From a virus (lineage: Duplodnaviria > Caudoviricetes), in the IMG/VR virus record IMGVR_UViG_3300020042_006160, positions 1-47,801 of that record: a stretch of 47,801 nt of DNA, one strand, 5' to 3'. Below, in pieces: positions 25,440 through 34,900 of this stretch (its first letter is position 1; each line of letters begins with the position of its first letter). Position numbers and translations under genes: made by a program. The notes beneath the pieces were generated by a model. That model saw only the letters and a list, made by a program, of their open reading frames with translations. It was not told the DNA's origin and searched no databases.

Positions 25440-28400
25440 ATGATAGTAGACAAGAGGATTTTTACTGGTGGTTTGGATACAGATACATCGGTAAAACTAA
25501 TAGCACAGAACGACTATACATTTGCTTCAAATGTAAGAAATGGTGTAACTGAAGATAGTGACGCTGGGGAATTAACCAATGTGAAAGGTAACGTTCTAAT
25601 ACCATACACGCAACCTAACGGAGACAATATAACTATAGGTTCTTTCTTTAACTACGGAACAAACAAGGTTTACTATTTCGTACATAATAGTTTAGAGAAC
25701 CACCATATTTTAGAGTACGATCATACAACTCAAGGAATAGAGTTAATATTACTATCTACTCAATTACAAGGATTTGGTATATTTGGAGGAAGTCTTTTGA
25801 ATTTCAGCCTTAGTCATTTAATTACAGCGGTTCAAATTTATCAAGGCGTTTTGTATTGGACAGACGACTTTAATCCTCCGAGAAAAATAAACATAGAAAG
25901 TGCTAAGAACGCTAATAAAAGATTAGCTTTCTCTGACAATACATTCTTGACAGGCAACAAGACTGGGTTTATTACAGCCACATCGACACCATTTGTAGTA
26001 GGCGACAAGATAAAAATAGTACAAGACGCGGGGGCAGTTAACCCATCATACAATGTATCTACTGAAATAACAGCTATAACAGCTTCAAGCGGTGGATTTA
26101 TAATAGAAACGGATATAGAGTTTGGAGTTTCGTCAGCAGTAAACCCTGGTTATATTTATTACGAAAATTCATACATATTACCATTCGAGGAAGAGTTTAT
26201 ACAACAAATAAAATACCCTCCATTATATCAACCGTCAACAACTTATTTTTCAGATGGTTCTTATAATCAGAATAATTTAAGAGGAACGCTTTATCAATTT
26301 AGAGTTCAGTATATTTTCGACGATTTTGAGTATAGCGCATGGTCGCCAATAAGCGTACCTCCATTACCTACATCAGACCAAAGAATGTATTTGGACACAG
26401 AGTATCTTACATCAATCAACAACGGCATAAACATCACCGTAGACACGGGAAGCCCTATTGTAAAGAAAGTAAACATAGCTGTAAGAAAAGGAAATTCGGG
26501 GTCTTTCCAACTGATAGAAACAATAGATAAGGCAAAGTTACAATTGCAAGACAATGTAAGTTACACTTATCCATTCTATAACAACTCAGCAACATTACCA
26601 ATAGAAACTAATGAGCAAAACCTTTTATTCGACAAGGTTCCTCAATTAGCAAAAACACTTGACATTGTAAATAGCAATAGAATCGTGCTTGGAAATATTG
26701 TCGAGGACTACGATAATGTAGATATAAAAGTAGAGATGTCTACTATAAACAGCTCTATATCAACTCAAACAACACCTACAATATCATCAAAAGAGGATTT
26801 TCAAGAAAATAGCACTAATACAGTAGACAGATATTCCGGAGTAGTTAGATATTGGATACCTAATAATTTCAGAAGGAATCAAACGTATTCTATATCCGTT
26901 CAACATGGTAGTGCGACTTTTTCAAGCCCGCCAGTAACTTTAAGTTACACAACGGTACCTGGTGATACAGAGAAAACTGTTTACGATAGATTAGCAACCT
27001 TGATAAACGCTTTAGGGTATTCAAACACTACAGCTCAGTCAATAAACACTACCGTAACTGGGGGTGTAAATAACCCGCCTGTTGGAGATTATTACCTACA
27101 AGTTTATTGTACGTGGGAAGTTTATTCAAACTCTATATACGGACAATCTACCTTGCAGCCAGTAAACGGAAACTCAATGACTGTTGATGTTGCTTCTGAG
27201 TTATACCCAACTTTAAAGAAATTCAGTTGGTTTCAATATGGTATAGTTTATTACGATTACGCCAATAGAAGCGGGGCGACTAACATATCCCCACAATCTA
27301 AAATATATATTGACGGAACAACGGATGTAAATTACGTTACATCCACTATGAGGATTTATCATTTTCCTCCAACTTGGGCGACTCACTATCAGATTGTAAG
27401 GAGTAAAAACCTATCTATAAGAAGATACGTTCAAATGATAGCTAATTCTGTAGGCGCTGAAGTGTCTGGAAACACACCAGTTGACCTTACATACAGAGTA
27501 TTGTTTAATGATAAATACAAAAACTCAAACCTATCATACACCTATGTAAAGGGAGATAGATGTAGAGTTTTAGACCCCGAAACACTACAGTCGTTTTACG
27601 ACTTTGAGGTAGTTTCGCAAGACTTAACGACAAACATAATAAACATAAGAACAAATGGTGTAGTTATTTTATCTACGCAGGTTTTGGAGTTATATACACC
27701 TGAAAAAGATTACGAATCGGACAAGCAGTTGTATTACGAAATCGGGGAATGTCACCCGGTAATTAATGTATTTTCATCAACAGGGTATAAACCAGCTCAC
27801 GGAAGAATAGGTGATGTTGACCCGTTATTGAACCCATTAAATAACACGGCTATACAAGACCCATACTTACCAAATCCAGTAGGTGGAAATAATTATACAG
27901 CTTTAGAATTAAACGATTGGTCAGATTATTTACGATCAAGAGGCTCAGACGAAGAACAATATTTCGAGTCAATGAGTTTTAACGACTTGTATTCATCAGA
28001 CGTAGATTGTACAGGAAGACCTAATATAGTTTCAAGCAGCATTAAACAAGTTCGTAGACCAACCACTATTTACTATTCAGAGCCATTTAGCCAGGATACA
28101 GAAATAAATGGATTGTCAAGGTTCTTTGATTTTAACTTTGAAACGTATGATAATAAGTTCGGGTCAATACAAAAGTTGTTTTACAAGGACAATAGATTAA
28201 TCTGTTTCTTTGAAGATAAGATTGCTAACATACCTGTAAACCAACAAATATTTTACGGAGCCAATGGACAATCAACGGTAGGTTTATCAGACCAAGTATT
28301 AAACGTGCCGTATTGGTACGAATGGGAAGGTGGAATATCATTAAACCCTGAGAGCTTTGCTAATTATGGTAACAACTGTTATTTTGCAGATGTAAGACGC

Positions 28401-29237
28401 GGCGTAGTTTGCAGGCTTGGTGGAGATGGGGTAACACCTATTTCAGAATACAAAATGCACAACTACTTTACTGATAAATGTGCGCGATTGATGGCATCGG
28501 GAGTAGTTAGAGTATTAGGTGTATATGACCGACGCTTTTCAAATTACATTATTTCTTTTACAGCGGTAGGCGGAGGAAGACTACGTTACAACCCAATAGA
28601 ATCAGTATTAGATGGGTCAACTGGGGGATTGCCGGTAAGTTATTCAGTACAAATAGACACGGAAAATGCTTTATATATTTTAAACCCAACAATTAACAAC
28701 CCTGTGTTGAGAGAATTTGAAAGCCCTCCTGATACATTAGCGTTTAATGAAACAACAAACCGTTGGATTTCACACTACACATACTACCCAGAGTTTATGT
28801 CAAGGGCAGGAACTGATATAGTAACATTTGTAGATGGCAAAATATATTTACATAATCAAACTACTATTTACAATAACTATTACGGCGTATCTTGGCCAAC
28901 AGTTATAACTACGGTTAGTAATATGTACCCAAGCAATGTAAAAGTTTGGGAATCTATAGGTTTGGAATCTACTGAAGCTTGGCAAATGACGGAAGCGATA
29001 AACGAAAACGGACAAGAAACAAGCATAGAGTTAACTGATTTTGAAGATAAGGAAAATATGTACTACGCTTATATGCGCGGGGATATTAACACGTTAAACG
29101 TAGCAGACCCTATAATAAATGGAGATGTAATGAGAGATGTAACAATGACAGCTTCGTTTACGAATCCAAGTCAGAATTTCCTAAAAATATTTGCAGTTAA
29201 TTTTGGGGTTATTATCTCGAATTTGCACAATAAATAG
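25440..29237 (+). CDS. Tail stabilization/muzzle protein (P22 gp10-like beta-propeller)
   Basis: FTGGLDTD start, LYWTDDFNPPRKINI, FGSIQKL, GISLNPESFANYG, YFADVRRGVVCRL. Confidence 0.8.
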   Translation: MIVDKRIFTGGLDTDTSVKLIAQNDYTFASNVRNGVTEDSDAGELTNVKGNVLIPYTQPNGDNITIGSFFNYGTNKVYYFVHNSLENHHILEYDHTTQGIELILLSTQLQGFGIFGGSLLNFSLSHLITAVQIYQGVLYWTDDFNPPRKINIESAKNANKRLAFSDNTFLTGNKTGFITATSTPFVVGDKIKIVQDAGAVNPSYNVSTEITAITASSGGFIIETDIEFGVSSAVNPGYIYYENSYILPFEEEFIQQIKYPPLYQPSTTYFSDGSYNQNNLRGTLYQFRVQYIFDDFEYSAWSPISVPPLPTSDQRMYLDTEYLTSINNGINITVDTGSPIVKKVNIAVRKGNSGSFQLIETIDKAKLQLQDNVSYTYPFYNNSATLPIETNEQNLLFDKVPQLAKTLDIVNSNRIVLGNIVEDYDNVDIKVEMSTINSSISTQTTPTISSKEDFQENSTNTVDRYSGVVRYWIPNNFRRNQTYSISVQHGSATFSSPPVTLSYTTVPGDTEKTVYDRLATLINALGYSNTTAQSINTTVTGGVNNPPVGDYYLQVYCTWEVYSNSIYGQSTLQPVNGNSMTVDVASELYPTLKKFSWFQYGIVYYDYANRSGATNISPQSKIYIDGTTDVNYVTSTMRIYHFPPTWATHYQIVRSKNLSIRRYVQMIANSVGAEVSGNTPVDLTYRVLFNDKYKNSNLSYTYVKGDRCRVLDPETLQSFYDFEVVSQDLTTNIINIRTNGVVILSTQVLELYTPEKDYESDKQLYYEIGECHPVINVFSSTGYKPAHGRIGDVDPLLNPLNNTAIQDPYLPNPVGGNNYTALELNDWSDYLRSRGSDEEQYFESMSFNDLYSSDVDCTGRPNIVSSSIKQVRRPTTIYYSEPFSQDTEINGLSRFFDFNFETYDNKFGSIQKLFYKDNRLICFFEDKIANIPVNQQIFYGANGQSTVGLSDQVLNVPYWYEWEGGISLNPESFANYGNNCYFADVRRGVVCRLGGDGVTPISEYKMHNYFTDKCARLMASGVVRVLGVYDRRFSNYIISFTAVGGGRLRYNPIESVLDGSTGGLPVSYSVQIDTENALYILNPTINNPVLREFESPPDTLAFNETTNRWISHYTYYPEFMSRAGTDIVTFVDGKIYLHNQTTIYNNYYGVSWPTVITTVSNMYPSNVKVWESIGLESTEAWQMTEAINENGQETSIELTDFEDKENMYYAYMRGDINTLNVADPIINGDVMRDVTMTASFTNPSQNFLKIFAVNFGVIISNLHNK

Positions 29238-29250
29238 ATATATTTGTAGT

Positions 29251-29526
29251 ATGATGTTACAGGTTCAAATAATTATATTGTCAGCGTTACTTGGATACTT
29301 TGTATCTGACAGTAGGTTTTTTAAGCCGTTACGCGAGTTTGCATCAAGAAAAAACAAAGAATTAGGCAAGTTAGTATCTTGTCCAAAGTGTATAACTTTT
29401 TGGATTTGGATATTAGTTTTTGCAATTTGTCAATATAATTTACTAATTTTAGCATTGATTTTACCATTAACAGCATCGGTATTAGCAAATGTGATTTATT
29501 TATTTTTTAATCGTTTGGAGGAATAA
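29251..29526 (+). CDS. DUF1360-like small membrane protein
   Basis: Hydrophobic helices and FFKPLR...LGKLVSCPKCITFW. The ATG at 29251, just after TATATTTG (29239-29246), is preferred over the overlapping TTG start at 29191. Confidence 0.65.
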   Translation: MMLQVQIIILSALLGYFVSDSRFFKPLREFASRKNKELGKLVSCPKCITFWIWILVFAICQYNLLILALILPLTASVLANVIYLFFNRLEE

Positions 29527-29528
29527 TT

Positions 29529-30323
29529 ATGGCTGGTATATTTGGAACAAGTTTAGGTCAAAACGTAGGGGCTAATAAAAGCTATATGTCTGACCCAAAT
29601 CTTGATGCTGAGCAACAAGATTGGCTTAGGAAAAAAGAGAATAGAACCCTTGGTATTTCAACAGGGGTTGGGGCAGTTACGGGACTTGGCATACCTGGCG
29701 CAGCTATAGGTGCAGGCATTGGTACTTTAGCCAACAAGATACTTCAACCAATTCGATACAGAAAAGCTTTGGGTCAAAGCCAAACGGCGAGAGGTTATGA
29801 GGCTGAAAAGAATTTAGTTCGCCCCGATTATGTTGAACCAGAAAGGGTAAAACAAAGCTTGAACCTACAAGGATATTTAGCTCAAACAGGTATTCCTCAA
29901 GAAAGCAAAGACTACAACCAAGCAATGGTTGACAGAAATATAGCTTACACCTTGCAACAAACAGAAGGTAGAAAAGGTGGTTTAGCAGGACTTGGCGCTT
30001 TAAGTCAAGGTCAGATGGATAACGCAAATCAATTGATGGGTCAAGATTCAGCAACAAGACTTAGTAATATAGACAAGTACGCATCAGGTTTAATGGGCGC
30101 GGCGGGTTATCAAGACAAAGCTTTTGACCTAAACAAAATGCAACCATACCAAATGGCTTACCAAAGAGTAATGGCATTGCAAGGCAGTGGGCTTCAAAAT
30201 ACATACGGAGCATCGCAAGAACAATCTCAATTAGCACAGCAAGGCGTCGCTACTGGTTTGGGGGCAATAAAGTTCGGTATTGAAAACGCGGATAATATAG
30301 CCAAGGTGGCTGCAATGGTTTAA
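29529..30323 (+). CDS. Putative ejection/internal virion protein
   Basis: Gly-zipper hydrophobic segment LGISTGVGAVTGLGIPGAAIGAGIG; Gln/Ala/Gly-rich helices; position after the muzzle gene. Confidence 0.65.
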   Translation: MAGIFGTSLGQNVGANKSYMSDPNLDAEQQDWLRKKENRTLGISTGVGAVTGLGIPGAAIGAGIGTLANKILQPIRYRKALGQSQTARGYEAEKNLVRPDYVEPERVKQSLNLQGYLAQTGIPQESKDYNQAMVDRNIAYTLQQTEGRKGGLAGLGALSQGQMDNANQLMGQDSATRLSNIDKYASGLMGAAGYQDKAFDLNKMQPYQMAYQRVMALQGSGLQNTYGASQEQSQLAQQGVATGLGAIKFGIENADNIAKVAAMV

Positions 30324-30326
30324 GAA

Positions 30327-31946
30327 ATGGCAGAAGGACTATCATCAGGAATGGGAGTTGGTTACGCACAAGTACTAAACCCAACAGATACATCAATAAT
30401 TTTCAAAAGAGCAATGGAGTTGCAGGATACTGCGGCTAAAGTAAAAGCGGCGAAGGAAGAAAAGGCTGTAAAAAGAAAAGAAGCTACAGAGGATGAAATT
30501 GCTAAGATAAACGCAAAGTTACCTACTAAGGTGTATGAAAAACACACTGCGGAATTTGATAAAAGAAAGGCTGAGTTAATAAAAGAAGGCGCAGAGAATG
30601 TTGAAAAACTATCTACAGACCCGGTAGCTAAAGCTAATTATGAATTAAAAGCAAATCAGCTAATAACTGACGCTAATAATTCAGCCCAGTATGACGCTAA
30701 TTTAGCCAAGATAAAAGTAAATCCAGCAGACTATAGTTTAGGTAGTCAAGAATATTACAATCAATTACAATCAGGATTCAATCCCGACGGAACAATAAAC
30801 TATTCTATTGACGTAAATAAGTTTGTTAAAAAACCCGATTACGAAACATTATATGGCAAAAGCCCAGAGTTTCAAAGGTTAACCAAGGAGCAAATAAGTA
30901 GCAATGAATTACCAACTGTAGCTTCTGGGGTACCAGGCGCAAGTTTAAAACGAATAGGCACAACAAGAGAAATCACAAAAGACCAAGTTAAAGCAGGTAC
31001 TGACTATATAGTAAACACCCACGGAACAGACGCCGAGATAGTAACAGATGTTGCTGAAGGAATAGAGAGAGGATTGCCTGAATATAAATCTGTAGAGCAA
31101 TATGTAACGGTAGACCCAAAAACAGGGTTGAAAAACTACAATGACGCCGCTGCAAAATATTTAGCGTCAAAGGCTCCTAATTTAGCAAAAAAAACAACCC
31201 AAATAAGTAGCTCACCTATTTACGATAAGACTTATGGCGGAAGAGGTTTGGATACACCAGATTATTCAAGCCAAATTGATGTAGTTACAGAATCTAACCC
31301 CGTTAGATTTTTTGACAAAACGAGCCAAAAAGAAGACTTAAACCACACTTGGTATAACGCAACAAAGCCTGATGGAACAGTAGTTCAATTATTAAGAAAT
31401 GACAACACGGGCAAGTTTCACGGATTAGCAAGTGATGGAAACCCAAGCGATAAGGATGTTGATGTAAACGGTTGGAAAATGACACCAATGGTTGCTGACA
31501 AAACGGTTGAAGTAGAAACACTTTCGGGACCAGTAAGAGATATAAAATTAGGTGTTGAATATACTGTTGACGAAAAGGGAAGAGTTAAGGATAGGAAATT
31601 GGATCAAGGAGTTATTGTTTCCCCTGAAAGATTTTTAATTCAACCATATAATAAAAAAACAAAGAGTACTGATATTAGAGGTGTTGATGATAAAGACATT
31701 GAGTATGGTTTCTTTATGAGAGGCACGGAGAAGGGTGGGGGTTTAGTTACAGTTCCTTTAGATGACGCTAATATTGAAACTATTAAGTCATCATCAAAAG
31801 GTTTTGTACCCGCTTTATGGCATGAGTACAAAACAAATCCAGCTTACTCTAAAAAACCAAAAAGCGCGGGAACCACAACAACCAAACCAGCATCAACAAT
31901 AAGTAAAGCTAATAAACCAAAACAAGTAGGCGGTAAAGCAAGATAA
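30327..31946 (+). CDS. Putative internal virion/ejection protein
   Basis: N-terminal coiled coil; position between the ejection protein and the giant gene. Confidence 0.55.
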   Translation: MAEGLSSGMGVGYAQVLNPTDTSIIFKRAMELQDTAAKVKAAKEEKAVKRKEATEDEIAKINAKLPTKVYEKHTAEFDKRKAELIKEGAENVEKLSTDPVAKANYELKANQLITDANNSAQYDANLAKIKVNPADYSLGSQEYYNQLQSGFNPDGTINYSIDVNKFVKKPDYETLYGKSPEFQRLTKEQISSNELPTVASGVPGASLKRIGTTREITKDQVKAGTDYIVNTHGTDAEIVTDVAEGIERGLPEYKSVEQYVTVDPKTGLKNYNDAAAKYLASKAPNLAKKTTQISSSPIYDKTYGGRGLDTPDYSSQIDVVTESNPVRFFDKTSQKEDLNHTWYNATKPDGTVVQLLRNDNTGKFHGLASDGNPSDKDVDVNGWKMTPMVADKTVEVETLSGPVRDIKLGVEYTVDEKGRVKDRKLDQGVIVSPERFLIQPYNKKTKSTDIRGVDDKDIEYGFFMRGTEKGGGLVTVPLDDANIETIKSSSKGFVPALWHEYKTNPAYSKKPKSAGTTTTKPASTISKANKPKQVGGKAR

Positions 31947-31979
31947 TATGGAAATTCAAGATAACATGGAAATTCAAGA
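31939..31979 (+). repeat. 18-bp tandem duplication of the stop/start junction
   Basis: CAAGATAATATGGAAATT CAAGATAACATGGAAATT CAAGA, encoding MEIQDN-MEIQE. Confidence 0.85.
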
Positions 31980-34900
31980 AACGGAAGTAGTTGGTGGCGA
32001 CAAGCCAAAAGTTACTCAAGAAACATTAAATGACTTTATAACTACTGTTGATAGTCAAGATAAAGAATTATCTAATCAAGAGTGGCATACTAAATTCCCA
32101 GAGTTTGGTGGTGATGATAAGCAATTGCAATCAGCTAAGGATTATTACGCTACGTTCTACGAAGGAAACTACAAGTCTCCTGAAGAAATAAACGACAAGT
32201 TTCCAGAGTTTTTTGGTGATGTAAATAAAAAAAAAACAAAACTCGATACTCAATCCGCTTCTTCGGCTGGGAAATCGCTATCACAAGAAGATAAAAACAT
32301 CCTTGGAATTACGGATTTTGGAGTTAAACCGAGGATAACCCCACGCATCGTTCCTGAAAAAACAGCGAAAGAGAAAAAAGATTATTACTTAGGTAGACAA
32401 GTAGAGGCTAAAGCCAATATGGCTAACAATAAAGCTAAATTAGATGAACTACAAGTTCAGCTTAATCAAGCTAAGGAGTCTAACGATATTGATACTTACA
32501 ATAAATTACTCCCAGAGTACAATCAATCAATAGCATCATTTAACAAAAACGCGGATTTAGTTCAAAAAGTAGATGTTTTCAATGTGAAGACAGCTATTGT
32601 TGATGAAATGAAACGCAAAAAAGAAGCTGAAAAACAAGGCTCTAAAGGAGGTTTCCTTTGGAACTCTTTAGTTGACGGATACACAAGCGTTCCCGATGCC
32701 GCATCAAGAACAGTTTTACAAGCAATAAACTATATAATGCCAGAGGCAAGTGGGCAAGACAAAAGCTTAACCGTTGCTCAAGTGAATAAGGCTGTTGACC
32801 AAATGGGTATTAAGGAGAATTTAGATAAAACCTTAAAGTCAAAAGGAACAACAGAAGAGTATTCTCAAAAACTAAAAGAAGAGTCGGGTACAGCGGAAGT
32901 AATAGGTGGTGTTACAGGAAGTGTATTCCCAATGATGACACCAGCAATGAGTGGTTTTTTCGTAACAAGTTTTTCTGAAGGTATTAATGAGATAGACAAA
33001 GCGAAACCAGACTTAACTTTAGGTCAAAAGATGCTATACGCTACAGCAAAAGGTGGTATAGTTGCAGCGGCTGAAAACTTAGGTTTGTCTAACATGGTTT
33101 CTAAGAAATTCATAACACAGCCTTTAATTGACAAAGTTATATCTAAGGTTATAACCGAGAATGTAGGTAAGAAAATAACAAGTAATATCGTATTGAACGC
33201 GTCAGCGGAACTTGTTAAATTAGCAGCGGAAGGTTATGTAGAGGAGGGCGAGAGTGGAGCTTTGGAGTATTTAGGAAACGAGGCTTTAAAGCAAACCGCT
33301 GATGTTTTATCGGGAACAGATAGTTTTGTAAATAAGAGCGCTACTGATTTATTCAAAGGAACATTAAAAGCATTCCACGACGAAGGTTTGGGAGGCGTGG
33401 TAATGACTGGCGCATTGAACGGTAAATCATTAATAAAAAGCGTAAAGCGTCAAGATGAGGCTAATAAAATATCTGAAAGAATAAACGCTTTACAAGCTGA
33501 TATAGATAATCCACAAATACCAGAAAACGTAAAAGCGGGGTTAAAACTAAACCAAAAGAAACTAACTGAAGACTTACTTGAAATAACTCACGACGACGTA
33601 GTTGAAAATGAGAAGCTAAGTGATGAGGGTAAAAATTTAGTGGATGGAGTTGACCAATCAATTGACGCTAACAACAACATTATAGCTACAGAAGGTGTTT
33701 CTGAAGAATCAAAGGAAATAGCAAAAGCAAACGTTGAGGAATTAAACAAAGAAAGAGAAAAATTAATATCAGAAAACCAATTATCAGACGAAGAGTTTGA
33801 TAAAAAGCTTAACGAAAAACTTAACCCAACAGAAGCGGAAGCGCCGAAAGAATCTACAGTAGAAAAACTAAAGAATTTATCGAGCGAACACGCACAATTA
33901 TTTGAGAAGTTCCAAGCTAAACTAAGAGACTTATTAAATCAAGGCCTTCCAACAAAAGATGTTAGGAACCACCCTGAGTTAGTAGCTATTAGGGAGGAAA
34001 TGGATGTCGTTGAAAAAGCTATTGATACAGTTGGAAAAGAAAAACCAACAGAAGCAAAAGAAACACCTAAGCAAGAACAAGTTGGTAGCAACGATGCGTT
34101 AACAGACATAGAAAGCACAACAGAAGCGCTAAGGTATTCAGACGATAAAAAGTTTGAAGAATTAACAGACAAATTCACACCAGACTACGTTTTGGTTGAA
34201 GATGTTTCAAGGGCGTATCACGATGCGAAATCTAACGGGAGCAATCCTGAATTAGTAAAGGCAGTAGAGCAACTCTTATTGAAAGAGAAGGCCGCGGAAC
34301 CTATACAAGAAGTTAAACCAATTAAATTAGAAGAAAATGATAACACCACAACAGAAACACCAAGCAATACTCCTATTAGTAAAGGAGAGAAAAAACCAAC
34401 AGTTAAAACAGTTAGAAGCGGAATCCCGAAAAATAAACGACAAACCAAAGACCAAAGAACTTTAGACGCGTTAAAAGTAGACCCATCAACACCTCACGAA
34501 GCAGTTTTACAAGCATTAATAGGCGGTGTAAAGCTTAAAACAGAGGTGTTCCAAAAGATATTTGGTAACAAATCTAAATTGGAAGATGGAAAAGTTGCTG
34601 ATAAAAAGGCGTCTAAGGAAGCAAGTGCAAGGATTGGGTTATTAAACAACAAAGAGGGATTAGGGATAGACGACCTTGCTCATAAGTTATGGCAAGATCA
34701 ACCAAAAGGCTCTAAGAGTACAACTGAAGATTATGTAAACGCTATTCACGATGTAATTTTAGCGCATACAGGTACAAAGAGTATGGTTAACCACTTTGAC
34801 CAATACGCTACTGAGAAATTAGAAGCTGGGGAAAGATTTACGGCGGAGGAAAAGGCTCAAGCAAACGCTATGGGTATAAATCTTGACGAGGAAACAGATA

